64,000 nt of DNA. Source: a virus. Its lineage: Duplodnaviria > Caudoviricetes. The stretch lies in the IMG/VR virus record IMGVR_UViG_3300036790_000048, positions 75,588 through 139,587 of that record. One strand, written 5' to 3'. Below the pieces are notes generated by a model. The model was not told the DNA's origin, made no database searches, and worked only from the letters and a program-made list of their open reading frames with translations. The position numbers were made by a program, and so were the translations under genes. Shown here piece after piece: positions 1 to 10,584 of this stretch (positions are counted from its first letter, which is position 1; every line of letters starts with the position of its first letter).

Positions 1-124
1 TCGGCCAGGCTGACCCCGGTCGCTTTCCACCGCTCCACGATGTCATCGTTCAGGTAGACGCTGGTCTTGAGTGGCATAAGCTCCCCCTACGGTATGTCAG
101 TACGTGTACCGCATACTTATACCG

Positions 125-286
125 CTAGAAGCCGTCTTCAGGCACCAGGTCGGCCAGCGGCATCCCGAAGTAGTTGCACAGCATCGTGTCGAGGGCGTTG
201 GCGTACTCGGTGGTCTCGGCGCACTCGTCACTCGCGTACGCACTACGAGCGGCCACGTACAGCCGCCTCAGCTCGGCCTTGGTCAC
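125..286 (-). CDS. small hypothetical protein
   Basis: C-terminal part of ORF 125..355; GTG start overlaps the stop of an upstream 55-aa Cys-containing ORF (283..450). Confidence 0.45.
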   Translation of the reverse strand: MTKAELRRLYVAARSAYASDECAETTEYANALDTMLCNYFGMPLADLVPEDGF

Positions 287-446
287 CGCGCCACGCGGAC
301 GCTCTGGTGGCCCATGGCCGTCACCGTGACGATGCGCAGGCAGTCCGGGCACCACACCCGCTCGCCCAGCACCGGGTGCCCGCTCGCGCCGAACACGCGC
401 ACGTGGCTGCAGTCGAACCGCACCGGGTACCTTGTCCTCTTTGCCG

Positions 447-686
447 TCATCTAAGCCTCGTGTCCACTCTGTTCCCGGCGAAGTCGCCCGTCTCCGCCAG
501 CGTCATCATGACCTGGTTCTCCAGCCAGTGAATCAAGTCCTCGCCCGACTTCTGGTCCCTGATCTGCGGGTACGTCTGCGGTGCCCATCCTGCCAGAGCG
601 CGGTCAGTCGGCTCCAGCCACACCAGCGCCATGCACGCGAACGACCCTGGGCTCAGCTTGCGCTCGGTCGCATTCCAGTGCGTCAC
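447..686 (-). CDS. hypothetical protein (79 aa)
   Basis: ORF with start/stop overlaps to neighbours in a dense minus-strand gene run. Confidence 0.55.
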   Translation of the reverse strand: MTHWNATERKLSPGSFACMALVWLEPTDRALAGWAPQTYPQIRDQKSGEDLIHWLENQVMMTLAETGDFAGNRVDTRLR

Positions 687-958
687 GGCTCGTCCTCGCC
701 GCTCACGTGGATGATGCCGTCATTGGCGAACGGGTCGCACACGTGCTCGCTGTCCAGGTGCTGGGCGCTCGCCACGATGTCCCCCGCGCGAATCCCGCCG
801 ATGAACAGCTGCTTAACCAATATGTGCAGCGGCACCGACCCGTCGCCGCTCTTGACCGCGGTCACCTGCTCGCCGCAGTCCGGGCACTTGAACGTCAGCA
901 CCAGCGCGCCCTTGGCGTTGACGCCCGCGTAGACCTCCCAGTCGGCCGCAGTGCTCAC
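683..958 (-). CDS. hypothetical protein with CPxCG zinc-ribbon motif
   Basis: 3' part of ORF 683..1141 (STAADWEVYAG...FKCPDCGE); start codon inferred. Confidence 0.5.
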   Translation of the reverse strand: MSTAADWEVYAGVNAKGALVLTFKCPDCGEQVTAVKSGDGSVPLHILVKQLFIGGIRAGDIVASAQHLDSEHVCDPFANDGIIHVSGEDEP

Positions 959-1446
959 GACGCGGGTCCAGCGTGATCGTCGCACACGCCCTGCACGCAC
1001 CGGTGGCGCGGGTCCGTCACGGGCAGGCTGGCCGCCTCCAGCGGCAGCAGAGGCACGACCTCGCCGCGCTCGATCATGCACATCCTGCACGGGCACACCG
1101 GGTCGCGCTTGGGCTGCGCCGCCCACCCGAGGTAATCCCATATCGGGTACAGGCCCCTAGCCCAGACCCTCCGCAGCAGGCTCCTCATCGTCGTCACCCC
1201 CGAACACGTCGAAGTCCGCCGCCGCGTAGCACCAGTCAACCAGCTGCGCGCTGGTCATCCTCGGCGCTCGCAGCCACGCCAGCAGCCTCTTGATCATCGC
1301 CAGTCCTCCTGCAGGTGCACCACGGGAACCCGTCCGCGCCCCACTTGGAATTATCGGGGTGCCGCGCCACCAGGCACCACGTCTCATGCCAAGCGCCCGC
1401 GCCCGGGTAAGCCTCCACCCAGACGCGAGCGCCGCCGTCCGTCACC

Positions 1447-1830
1447 TTAGCGGTCCCCGCCGCTGAACCCGTGGTCCCCGCCGTCACCCCCGTCATCGCC
1501 GCCGAACACGCTGTGGCTGACCGCGTGGTCGGCTGCAGGCACGTCGTCGTCGGCCGGCTCGTGCGAGGTGTCGCTCCAGTACGTCGCAGGCAGGTAGCGC
1601 TGCTCAGGCTGCCCCGTCGTCATCTGCCGCCACAGCAGGTAGCTGACGTAGAAGTTGTTGCCGTTGCTGTCCTGCATGCAGTACGCCGGGACCTTTTTAC
1701 CGTTGACGACCTGCGTGCACTTGTACGTCTTGGACACCGTGCCCAGCGAGCCAGCGCACCCGCTCAGCCCCGCCGCCAGGCCAGCCGCCGTCAGTGCCGC
1801 GGCGGCCAGCCCGATCACCTTCCTGATCAT
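1447..1830 (-). CDS. putative lipoprotein
   Basis: Basic N-terminus, hydrophobic segment, lipobox-like LSGC; acidic Gly-rich tail; GGGGAG RBS. Confidence 0.7.
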   Translation of the reverse strand: MIRKVIGLAAAALTAAGLAAGLSGCAGSLGTVSKTYKCTQVVNGKKVPAYCMQDSNGNNFYVSYLLWRQMTTGQPEQRYLPATYWSDTSHEPADDDVPAADHAVSHSVFGGDDGGDGGDHGFSGGDR

Positions 1831-1843
1831 GCACTCCCCCGAT

Positions 1844-2158
1844 CTACTCGTCCCAGTGGCGCTGGGCCGCGTCCTCGCGGTTGACCTGCCGCCGCATCTC
1901 GCGGATGCGCTTCTCCCTGCTCGGCCGGTTGTAGCCGCCGTTGCGCACCAGCGCGCGCCTCGTGCCGCCGTAGCTGTAGAGCAGCCAGGTCGCGACCCCG
2001 CCCACCAGCGAGATCATGCCGACGAAGGTCACCAGCGCCCAGACGGCCTTGGACTTCCCCGCCGTCCGGTACGCGCCCGAAGGCTGCGCCAGGCAGTCAA
2101 CAAACCCGCAGAACCCCAGGAACGTGCTGATGACCATCCACACGATAAGCCCCGCCAT
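1844..2158 (-). CDS. DUF2516-like membrane protein
   Basis: TM helices around the AYRTAGKSKAVWAL motif, similar to actinobacterial DUF2516; basic C-terminal tail. Confidence 0.6.
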   Translation of the reverse strand: MAGLIVWMVISTFLGFCGFVDCLAQPSGAYRTAGKSKAVWALVTFVGMISLVGGVATWLLYSYGGTRRALVRNGGYNRPSREKRIREMRRQVNREDAAQRHWDE

Positions 2159-2165
2159 GGCTTCC

Positions 2166-2399
2166 CTACTTCCAGAAGTTCGGGCCGACGTCCTTGACCT
2201 GAGGCGGGACGTAAGGCTTCTCGGGAAGCCCCATCGGCTGGTCGGCGTACGGGTTGTAGTGCGACGCTCCCATGCCGCCGCTGCCGTTGGCCGGTACCAC
2301 CCTCGCCGGTGACGCGCTCGCCACGGTGACGCCCCCGAACACTGACGCAGCCACCACCGCTGCCGCCACGACTGCCTTTGCCGCTACCACCATGTGCAT
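2166..2399 (-). CDS. small secreted protein
   Basis: Signal peptide ending in ASA; GGGGAG RBS. Confidence 0.55.
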   Translation of the reverse strand: MHMVVAAKAVVAAAVVAASVFGGVTVASASPARVVPANGSGGMGASHYNPYADQPMGLPEKPYVPPQVKDVGPNFWK

Positions 2400-2646
2400 G
2401 CTCCCCCTAGATTCCGTCCGTGTCCCTCAGCTGCGAGCGCAGCTTTGCGAACCACGCTTTGATACCGGCCCAGACACGCTTAACGATCGTCATGCCTCTC
2501 CCACCATGGATGCTCCCGGTGCGGGTGGTTCTCCGCCCGCACCCTCACCTCGTACCGGGCGGTGACCGGAAACCAGCGCCACCGCCCGTGCCACAGCCGG
2601 ACCCGGTGCGAGGTGACCTCGAACACGGCCCGCGCAGTCGCGACGC

Positions 2647-2997
2647 TCACGCCACTGCGGTGACTACGGCCTCCCACACCGAGCTGCCGTCGTCCGCGGT
2701 GGGGCCGACCTGCGTGTTGGACGTCACCGTCCACGTCCTGCCCCCGGAGTCGGTCACGGTCACCGTTGGCGTGCTCGGGACCGGTCCTCCCGCCGACGTG
2801 ATGGTGATGGTCTGCGCGTCGGCCGTGGCAGTGGCCGCCGCGGCGTTGGCGACGGTGACGTTCACCGTGTCCTGCGCGGGCTGATCCGGGCCGGGCGTGA
2901 AGTCGGTCTCGGTGTAGTCAACGGTCATCTGGATCGTGTCCCCGGCGTTGTAAGCGCCGCCCTGGTTGAACACTACTGACGTGATTGCGATGGACAT
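2647..2997 (-). CDS. Thr/Val-rich beta-sandwich (Ig-like) protein, possibly virion-associated
   Basis: MSIAITSVVF start at 2997 with GGAGAGG RBS; CCGATA motif upstream at 3028-3033. Confidence 0.6.
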   Translation of the reverse strand: MSIAITSVVFNQGGAYNAGDTIQMTVDYTETDFTPGPDQPAQDTVNVTVANAAAATATADAQTITITSAGGPVPSTPTVTVTDSGGRTWTVTSNTQVGPTADDGSSVWEAVVTAVA

Positions 2998-3235
2998 TTG
3001 ACGCCTCTCCTGTTTGGGTACTGCTGATATCGGGATAAGACCCACTCGGGCAGGCGCACCTCGGCCAGCATCGACGCCAGCTCGCGCCTGCTCAGGACCG
3101 CGATAGCCTCTTCGTACGTGCACGTCACCTCGTGGTGCGGCAGGCCGGGGTGCCACTTGGACGCCCTCCCGCGCCACCTGCGCGCCGGGTCGTGGTAGCC
3201 CCACCAGATGCGCAGCCGGGCGGGCAGCCCCCGCC

Positions 3236-3403
3236 TCACCGCGCGCTGCTCTTTTCGCACAGCTCCCGGTACTCGGCGTCCATCTTCTCGCGCCGCGTCT
3301 TCTGCTCCCACCAGAACAGGGCCGCCAGCAGCCCGGCCGCAGCCACCCCGCCGATGAACACGCCCAGCGCCACCGCGCTCAGCGTCCCGCCTACTCCGCC
3401 CAT
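3236..3403 (-). CDS. small single-TM membrane protein
   Basis: Hydrophobic helix followed by a charged tail. Confidence 0.5.
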   Translation of the reverse strand: MGGVGGTLSAVALGVFIGGVAAAGLLAALFWWEQKTRREKMDAEYRELCEKSSAR

Positions 3404-3404
3404 C

Positions 3405-3674
3405 TCAGAACCCTCCCCTGAACTGCTGCCTGGCCGCGATGACGGCCTCATCTACCTCCGACCGCGCCGGAGGCTCGCACCCGCACTGCCCGCCGCGGTG
3501 GACCGGGTTCCGCAGCAGCGCGTTCATCCGGCTGGTCAGGTCGCGCGCCTCCTCGATCGTCAGCCGCATGCGCATCGGACCCGCGCCCAGGCAGACGACC
3601 GTGCCCGGCACCAGCCACCCGAGGTGGACCTCGCCCTCGCCGCTGTCAGTCTCCAGCGTCTCGTCTGACACCAT
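3405..3674 (-). CDS. hypothetical protein
   Basis: ORF fits the gene run. Confidence 0.45.
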   Translation of the reverse strand: MVSDETLETDSGEGEVHLGWLVPGTVVCLGAGPMRMRLTIEEARDLTSRMNALLRNPVHRGGQCGCEPPARSEVDEAVIAARQQFRGGF

Positions 3675-4086
3675 CGCGCCGCCCCTTTCCCGTCATCCGG
3701 TCGTACTCGGCCTGGTCGTGCTCGTGGTCCTGCGTGACGTCGCACAGCGAGCACAAGCCGTAGATGGCGCGGATCAGCCGCAGCGCCGCGTCCAGCGGGT
3801 CGGCAGGCGGGATGCAGCCCCTGTTGTGCTCCCCCTCGCCATGCGAAGAGTCGGTGCAGTACACCCGCCCGTAAGCCTCCCGCATAACGCCCTCCTGACG
3901 ACCAGCATCGCGCCCTCGCGGCCCTCAGCCATCAGCAGCGCCGTGCAGGTGTAGCTCAGGTGCCGGGCGCACGACAGCTGCCGGTCGGTCCTGCGCGTGC
4001 CGACCGACACGACCCACCGCGGCATCGTCATGCAGCTGCCCTGCCAGTCGCAGTGCTCCCACTTCTCCGCCATGGCGCTTTGCTAC

Positions 4087-4380
4087 CTACTGCCCGCCCC
4101 ACAGCGGCGCGAGCTGGTTGTTGAAGTTGAACTCGCTCGCCTGCGTCGCGGTGCCGAAGTAGACCCCGGCCACCGTGTTCAGGTACGCGAGGTCGGCCAG
4201 CGCGGTGGTGGCGTCCTCGCTGCTGTAGCCCAGGGCCTCCAGCGTGGCCTGCCCGGTGCCCTGCCCGTTGACGAACGTGTTCAGGTTGGCGATGCTCTGC
4301 ATGACCTGCCTCATGCCGAGCGCGAAGTTGGTCAGCGACTGGCTCACCGAGTCAGCCGACCCCTGGTTCCCTACCGACAT
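4087..4380 (-). CDS. small tail-associated protein (97 aa)
   Basis: ATG overlaps the TAA of the tail-tip gene (coupled); helical protein MSVGNQGSADSV... Confidence 0.7.
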   Translation of the reverse strand: MSVGNQGSADSVSQSLTNFALGMRQVMQSIANLNTFVNGQGTGQATLEALGYSSEDATTALADLAYLNTVAGVYFGTATQASEFNFNNQLAPLWGGQ

Positions 4381-7300
4381 TACGGACCCTTCCGTGTGAA
4401 CGTGCTTCCCTCGCCGGTCACGAACTGGCTGGCGGCCGACGCGCCGAAGATCGACACCAGCGATATCGTGTTGGACACGGTGGTGTTGAACGTGACGCCC
4501 GTGTTCTGAGCGCTCAGGTTCATGAAGTTGGTGTTGGTGCCGGTCGAGCGCGTGCTGTTGAGGCCCAGGTGCGCCTCCCAGAAGAAGTTGGCCGTGCCGC
4601 CGGTGCCAGTGGTGATGATCTGCACGAACAACCGCGCCCAGCCCGTCAGGCCAGCGCCAGCCGACCACGACGCCGAGCCGGTGATGTCGCCGCCGCTGTC
4701 ACCCGAGGTATTGGAGCCGTTCAGCTGAGGCCGCAGCTGGATCGTCTCGGACTCGTACTGCGCGTTGAACGGGACCAAGATCTCGTAGACCGTGCCGACG
4801 CTGGCGTCATTCGCGTCGATCGTCCACGCCTTGGTCAGCAGCTGCGTGCCAGCGTTGCTGTTGCTGTGCGTGGCCGCGTCGGTCTGCGAGAAGTCCAGCG
4901 TGCCCGTCTGCCCGCTGTCGCTGGTGACCGACGCCGTGCCCGCACTCGACGCCCACAGCGCCGCGTTGCCGCTCGCAGGCGTGCTCGGAGCCGACCCGCC
5001 GATGAGGGTGTAGGCGGTGCTCATCATGCCCGCGGCGATGGCGTTGCTGTACTGGTCGGTGAACGCCTCAGGGCTGACCGCGGCCACCAGCGTGGACCCG
5101 CTGGTGTAGGTGATCACGACCTCGCCGTCAGCGCCAGCGCCCGCCTGGGTCGGAGCCGACCCGGTGGTGCCGATGACCTCCAGCTGCAGAGCCTCGCTGC
5201 CCGATCCCGTGCCGTTGAAGTAGCCGTAGTAGCTCAGGTCCCAGCTGCTCGGGCCAGGCCCGATCGTGAACCCGATCAGCGTGCCGTTCGGGAACTGGAC
5301 CGGCGCGACCGTGTTGCTGTAGAGCGGCACCGTGATGCGCTCGCCCTCGTCCACGTTGAACTGCGTCAGCGCAGTCGCCCCGGTGCCGTCCCACGTGCTC
5401 GGCAGGCTGCTGCCCTTGGAAGCAGGCCAGCCGCGCAGCTGCACGGTCATGCCGCTGCCGTACCAGCTGTGCTGGTTGGACATGATGCAGTTGATCTGCG
5501 AGACGGTGACGCCCACGCACGCAGCCTGGATGGCGCTGCTGTTGAACAGCCAGGCAGCCTTCTGCGTGCCGTTGGCGCTGCCCCCCGTCGCCAGCTCGCC
5601 GCCCTGCCAGATGGTGCTGTTGCTCGCCCTCGTGCCGTTGGCGTCACCGTTGGAAGCGTCGGACCCGTAGTAGCTCTTGCTGCTGGTCGCGTCGAACGTC
5701 TGCGAGAACGCGACCACACCAGACGCCGCCCCAGCGCCACCCCCAGCCGCACCAGGCGAGTTGCCGTTGCTGCCGTTCGCAGCCCCGTTGCCGCCATGGC
5801 CTCCAGCCGCGCCGCCTCCAGTGCCAGCCACGCCGCCAGCCGATCCGGTCGAGCCGCTGGGCACAGTCGCCTGCCCGCCGCCGTTCACCGTGCCAGCCGA
5901 GCCGCCGCCTCCAGCGCCGCCCGTGCCAGACCCCGAGTTCTGCCCAGCCCCGCCGTTCTTGTGGATAGGGTCGCTCGATCCCGTTCCGCCAGCGCCTCCC
6001 GTGCCGCCGTAGCCAGCCTGGCCGCCGTGCGCGTACGGGCCGCCGTTGAAGTAGGAGTCGCCGCCGTTGCCGCCCGCGTTCCCGGTCGAGCCGCCTCCGC
6101 CGCCGTTGCCGACCACGTACCCGTACGTCGCCAGCGGCACGACCGGCAGGTTCGGGTTGCTGGCGCACTCGCCGCCCCCGCCAGACTCGCCGCCGTTGCT
6201 GGTGGTGCCGCCGCCTCCGCCAGCCCCAGCGCCAGTGCAGGTGACGCTGCAGGTGGTCACCCCAGCAGGCGGCGTGAACGTGTAGTTGCCGTTGCTGCTC
6301 TCGGTGATCGTGGTGGTGGTGCTCGTGTAAGCCAGCAGCCACCCGTCCGTGGAGTCGAACGTTATCTCGGTCTCGATCATGGAGCCGCCGCTGATCGGAG
6401 CCTGCGTGATCGCCGTGCCCGTCAGCGTGCTCGTGCTGTCCATGGACGAGTTGGTGATGTTGGTCGAGTCGAGGTCAACGCCGGTGATCGCGCCGCTCAG
6501 CACCTGCAGGCCAGCCGGATACGGGTTGCTGAAGCCGTCCGTGCCAGCCTGCCCGCTCCAGCTGCCCACCAGGTTGCCGGTCTGCGGCGTGCCCGAGTAG
6601 ATCAGCAGCTGCCCGGCAGCGCCGTCCGCGACCACGCTCGCGCCAGTGATCGTCGTCGCGTCCACGATCCCGGCCACGACGATGCCGCTCACCAGGTTGG
6701 CGGCCAGGATCGTGTTGGCGGCGATCTGCGTCGCAGTGATGGTGCCGCTCTGGATGTTGCCCGCCTGGATGGTGCCCGAAGCTATGAGGGAGCCAGTGAT
6801 CGTGCCAGCCAGGATCTGCCCGGCCGTGATCGTGTTCGATGCGATCTGCGTGGCGGTGATCGCCCCTGCAGCTATGGCGGAGGTACCGTACTGGTAAGCC
6901 GTCCAGACGCCAGCGCTCCAGGTGCTCAGCTGGTAGCCGCTCGCGCTGTTGAACCACATGTTGCCGTTGGTGTTGCCGTGCAGCGTGTCGCCGGTGCTGA
7001 TCGAGGACGATGCAGTCGGAGTGAAGCCGACGATGACGTTGCTGCCGCTCGGCGTGATGCTCGTGACCGTGAACGGGCCGCCGCGAGCGTTGGTGACGTC
7101 GGTGAACGTGTCGCCCAGCGCCAGCGGGGTGGCGCTCGTCAGGACAGACCCAGCCGTGGTGAACGTGCTCGTCGTGCCCGCGCTCGGCGTCAGGCTCCAG
7201 TCGTAAGGCGCGGAGGAGGCAACGAACACTCCAGTGCCGCCGATGGACTGCGCCACGAACCCAGCATTGCTAGCAGCCACCCCGCCCGCGGCAATAGCCG

Positions 7301-10085
7301 CGCTGCTGAACTGGTACAGCGTCCAGCTGCCGCTCTGGTAGATATAGAGCTGGTTGCCAGCCGAGGTGTTATACCACAGGCTGCCCGTGTTGATCGTGCC
7401 GCTGGGAGCCGTGCCCTGCACGTAGACCTCGACGCCGCCGATCTGCGCAGCGGTGAAGTTCACCCCGCCAGCGCCGGGCGCGTAGCTGGTCCAGCTGCCC
7501 GACTCGTAGATGTAGACCTCGTTGGCGGACGCGGTGTCGTACCACAGGCTGCCAGCGGCGATGGTGCCGCTCGGAGCCGTGCTCTGCACGTAGGTCTGGA
7601 TGCCGCCGATGTCCGTGGCGTGGAACGCGACCTGCCCGGCGGTGATGCCCGCGGTCGCGCTCAGCTGCGTGGTGGTAAGGCTCCCAGAAGCTATGGCGCT
7701 CGCGCCGAACTGGTACAGCTGCCAGCTCGTGCCAGTCCACTGGTAGAGCTGGTTGCCAGCCGAGGAGTCGTACCACAGGTCGCCCACGTTCGGGTCGGCC
7801 GGTGCAGTACCCGAGAAGGTGACCAGCGCGCCCGTCGCGAGGGTGAAGCTAAGTGCAGTCTGCGGCACGCTGTTGCTGACCAGCATGCTGCCGGGGATGA
7901 CCTCAGTCGTCGCCGGCTGCCCCGGTGCAGGTGCAGTTGCAGGTGCAGTCCCCTGAATGGATGCAGCCACCGCTGCAGCCAGCGGAGAAGCCACCGTAAG
8001 CCCTACCGCACTAGAAGCCCCGGTCGCCTTGCCGATCGAGGATGCAGGCGCGCTCGGCAGCGATACCGGGCTGGTGCCGACGATAGGCCCGGTCGTGCCC
8101 AGCGAGAACGCTCCCAGCGTGGAAGCCGCCTGCCCGCCGAGCTTGTTCACCAGGTACTGCAGGTACTGGATCATCACCTGCCGGTAGGTCTGGATGATCA
8201 GCTCGCAGGACTCGTTCCCGTCCTGGTCGATCGTGTAGGTGATGCCGACCACGCGCTGCGCCTCGATGGCGCCGAAGTCGCCGCGCTCGATGCCCACCCA
8301 GTCCCAGATGCCGAAGTCCGTGAACGGCGTCTTGCCAGGCGCGGCCGGGGGAATCTGGAAGACCCGCGCGTCGGTCTCCTGCCCGTACTGCTGCACCGCA
8401 GCCTGCGCGGTCTGCGCAGTCGATGCCTCATCCATGGTGCCCGCGGACGCCACGAAGATCTCCCGCTGCCCCCACTGCGTGATCGAGGAGGGGTTGGTGT
8501 AGCCGTGGATCTGCCCGTCAACGTCCTGCGCCGCAGCGACGTTGTATAGCTGGCTGCGGTCCTGCGTCCGCCCGTACTGCGTGCTCTCGCCCTCGTGGAA
8601 CACGATGGTGCCGCTGTAGTCCGTGCCCAGCGTTCCCTGGTTGCCGACCTCCAGCACATAGCCGGGCAGCATCATCCAGTCGGCGTCGATCGCCCCGCCG
8701 TAGTTCTGGATAAGGCTCAGCAAGTCAGACCCGACCGCGACCTGAATGCTCCACTCGTCCGTCCACGGCTGCCCGCCGCTGTCGATAAGCTGGTCGAAGC
8801 TAAGGCTGACGAACGGCAGCGTCCCCCGGTCCTGCGCCCTGAACAGCAGGTCCTGGTATACCGCAAAGATCGGCTTGGAGAGGTATACCGGCCCCATGTT
8901 CGGGCTGACCTCGACCTCGCCGTTGGGCGATGTGAACTGCGCGTAAGCCGCGCTTGCAGTACTGTAGCTCCCGCCGAGGTAGACATCGACGTTGGTCACG
9001 TCCCACAGCCCTGCAGCCTCAGTAAGGCTCCATTGCAGCGTCCACGTCGCGTCGTCAGGAGAAGTCCACCACCGGAACAGCAGCGTGCCGCCGCTCTGCA
9101 CGTCGCAGCTGAGCCGCCAGTACTGCGCAGTGGAGGAGGAGTAAGCCGTGCTCGTGCCGGTAGCGGGGTTGTACCCGCTGTCCTCGCCCACCCGGCCGGG
9201 GCTGATGACGTGCGTGGTCACGACGCCGTTGACGTCCTGGTACTGGCAGTAGAACTGCGCGTACCCCAGCGCGATGGAGGCGTAGCCGCTGCCCGTGCCC
9301 GCCTTGACGATGATCTCGGTGAAGTCGGTCAGGTTGGTGACGTCGGTGTACCCCTGGTCAGCCTGATCCGCGTTCAGCGTCGCAGGAGCCACACTGCAGC
9401 TAAACGAGCTGTTACTGAAGTCGAACGTCCCGCCGCCGAGGTAGGAGCCGCCGGGGTTCAGCTCGACGTTGACGTACCCGTCGCTCGGGATGCAGGCAAC
9501 CGACCCGGTGCCTATCTGCGTGTTGGTGTCGCTGTTGTAGCCGTAGTTGGGGAAGCCGGTCGGGCTGGTCGGCCCCGCAGCGCTGTTGGTCCGGTTCCAC
9601 AGCTCCAAGTCAGGCAGGAGCGTCACGCCGTCCGCGGCGTAAGTCTCGAACTGCGTGATGGTGCTGGTCTTGCTCACGAACGTGGTCTGGCTCGGCGTCC
9701 ACCCGGTCGGCATCGCCATGGCCCAGTTCAGTACCTGTGAAGTATCCGGCCCGGTGACCGTGACGGTGCGCGTCTCGTCTGAGCTGACCGTGGTCCTGGT
9801 GGCCGTCTGGTTCAGGAACTCGAAGATGACCTCGCCGTCGCGCCTTGCCTGCCACAGCGTCTCTTTCGCCAGCACCGGCGTGGTGTCAGGCGTGTAGGGC
9901 GGCTGGTTCAATGCTGGGTTCTGCAGGCTGAGCGTGATCTGCCCGGCCCCCTGAGATCCCTGCGCCCCGCCTAGCGGTGCCACGCTCAGAGACTGCCAGT
10001 ACGGCACTACAGCCAGGAGGGCACCGTAGCCGTTGCTGGCGCTCGGACCCTCGTATACGTATACCTCCCAGCCCTCACCGCTCAT
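4380..10085 (-). CDS. tail tip / central fibre protein (Tal-like N-terminus, lectin-like insert, fibre repeats, Gly-rich domain)
   Basis: 1901 aa downstream of Dit; P-x(5-6)-G-[DS]-LWY repeats; 10-aa IAAGxITATQ repeats; GAGAGGGG Gly-rich block. Confidence 0.85.
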   Translation of the reverse strand: MSGEGWEVYVYEGPSASNGYGALLAVVPYWQSLSVAPLGGAQGSQGAGQITLSLQNPALNQPPYTPDTTPVLAKETLWQARRDGEVIFEFLNQTATRTTVSSDETRTVTVTGPDTSQVLNWAMAMPTGWTPSQTTFVSKTSTITQFETYAADGVTLLPDLELWNRTNSAAGPTSPTGFPNYGYNSDTNTQIGTGSVACIPSDGYVNVELNPGGSYLGGGTFDFSNSSFSCSVAPATLNADQADQGYTDVTNLTDFTEIIVKAGTGSGYASIALGYAQFYCQYQDVNGVVTTHVISPGRVGEDSGYNPATGTSTAYSSSTAQYWRLSCDVQSGGTLLFRWWTSPDDATWTLQWSLTEAAGLWDVTNVDVYLGGSYSTASAAYAQFTSPNGEVEVSPNMGPVYLSKPIFAVYQDLLFRAQDRGTLPFVSLSFDQLIDSGGQPWTDEWSIQVAVGSDLLSLIQNYGGAIDADWMMLPGYVLEVGNQGTLGTDYSGTIVFHEGESTQYGRTQDRSQLYNVAAAQDVDGQIHGYTNPSSITQWGQREIFVASAGTMDEASTAQTAQAAVQQYGQETDARVFQIPPAAPGKTPFTDFGIWDWVGIERGDFGAIEAQRVVGITYTIDQDGNESCELIIQTYRQVMIQYLQYLVNKLGGQAASTLGAFSLGTTGPIVGTSPVSLPSAPASSIGKATGASSAVGLTVASPLAAAVAASIQGTAPATAPAPGQPATTEVIPGSMLVSNSVPQTALSFTLATGALVTFSGTAPADPNVGDLWYDSSAGNQLYQWTGTSWQLYQFGASAIASGSLTTTQLSATAGITAGQVAFHATDIGGIQTYVQSTAPSGTIAAGSLWYDTASANEVYIYESGSWTSYAPGAGGVNFTAAQIGGVEVYVQGTAPSGTINTGSLWYNTSAGNQLYIYQSGSWTLYQFSSAAIAAGGVAASNAGFVAQSIGGTGVFVASSAPYDWSLTPSAGTTSTFTTAGSVLTSATPLALGDTFTDVTNARGGPFTVTSITPSGSNVIVGFTPTASSSISTGDTLHGNTNGNMWFNSASGYQLSTWSAGVWTAYQYGTSAIAAGAITATQIASNTITAGQILAGTITGSLIASGTIQAGNIQSGTITATQIAANTILAANLVSGIVVAGIVDATTITGASVVADGAAGQLLIYSGTPQTGNLVGSWSGQAGTDGFSNPYPAGLQVLSGAITGVDLDSTNITNSSMDSTSTLTGTAITQAPISGGSMIETEITFDSTDGWLLAYTSTTTTITESSNGNYTFTPPAGVTTCSVTCTGAGAGGGGGTTSNGGESGGGGECASNPNLPVVPLATYGYVVGNGGGGGSTGNAGGNGGDSYFNGGPYAHGGQAGYGGTGGAGGTGSSDPIHKNGGAGQNSGSGTGGAGGGGSAGTVNGGGQATVPSGSTGSAGGVAGTGGGAAGGHGGNGAANGSNGNSPGAAGGGAGAASGVVAFSQTFDATSSKSYYGSDASNGDANGTRASNSTIWQGGELATGGSANGTQKAAWLFNSSAIQAACVGVTVSQINCIMSNQHSWYGSGMTVQLRGWPASKGSSLPSTWDGTGATALTQFNVDEGERITVPLYSNTVAPVQFPNGTLIGFTIGPGPSSWDLSYYGYFNGTGSGSEALQLEVIGTTGSAPTQAGAGADGEVVITYTSGSTLVAAVSPEAFTDQYSNAIAAGMMSTAYTLIGGSAPSTPASGNAALWASSAGTASVTSDSGQTGTLDFSQTDAATHSNSNAGTQLLTKAWTIDANDASVGTVYEILVPFNAQYESETIQLRPQLNGSNTSGDSGGDITGSASWSAGAGLTGWARLFVQIITTGTGGTANFFWEAHLGLNSTRSTGTNTNFMNLSAQNTGVTFNTTVSNTISLVSIFGASAASQFVTGEGSTFTRKGP
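6690..7830 (-). repeat. coding repeats in the tail fibre
   Basis: Four APxxx..G[DSN][LM]W[YF]..S..NQLY..SGSWT.Y units, plus about six decapeptide IAxGTITATQ units. Confidence 0.75.
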
Positions 10086-10578
10086 CGGGTGTCACCCGCC
10101 TATGACAGACGATGCCAGTCGGCAGGGATGCGTCACACGGGCATAGGACTATGGTGGCGTAGCTGTCAGGCACTGAGAAGCTATTACCGCAGCTCGGGCA
10201 CTCGTATACCGTAATTGCAGGCGGCTCGACCCATTGGGCGATACCTCTGGAGCAGTCTGACGGCGCGAAGTGCCCTGTCATATCAGAGATGACATTGCCC
10301 AAGTCATCAGCTCTGCTCACGTCAGCAGATTCGACCAGGCGTTCAGGCGCGTTCATCGCCATCCCGCACAGATGGTGCTGCCCCATAGCAGCCGCGAACG
10401 CAGCGCTGCTCATCCTCTGCGCAGACGATCCCGCCACCTGCTGGGCGTCCTTCTGAGCCGCCTCGATGATCTTCTTGTCCGACGCCGTGTGCACCTCTAC
10501 GCAGTACTCAGGCGCGCATTTATTGAGGCCCAGCGCCTCCCACTGGCATCCATTGAGCGTGCAGCGCGGATGATCCAT
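10075..10578 (-). CDS. Cys-rich hypothetical protein
   Basis: Multiple Cys clusters including CPSCG; less GC-biased than neighbours. Confidence 0.5.
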   Translation of the reverse strand: MDHPRCTLNGCQWEALGLNKCAPEYCVEVHTASDKKIIEAAQKDAQQVAGSSAQRMSSAAFAAAMGQHHLCGMAMNAPERLVESADVSRADDLGNVISDMTGHFAPSDCSRGIAQWVEPPAITVYECPSCGNSFSVPDSYATIVLCPCDASLPTGIVCHRRVTPDER

Positions 10579-10584
10579 CGTGGG

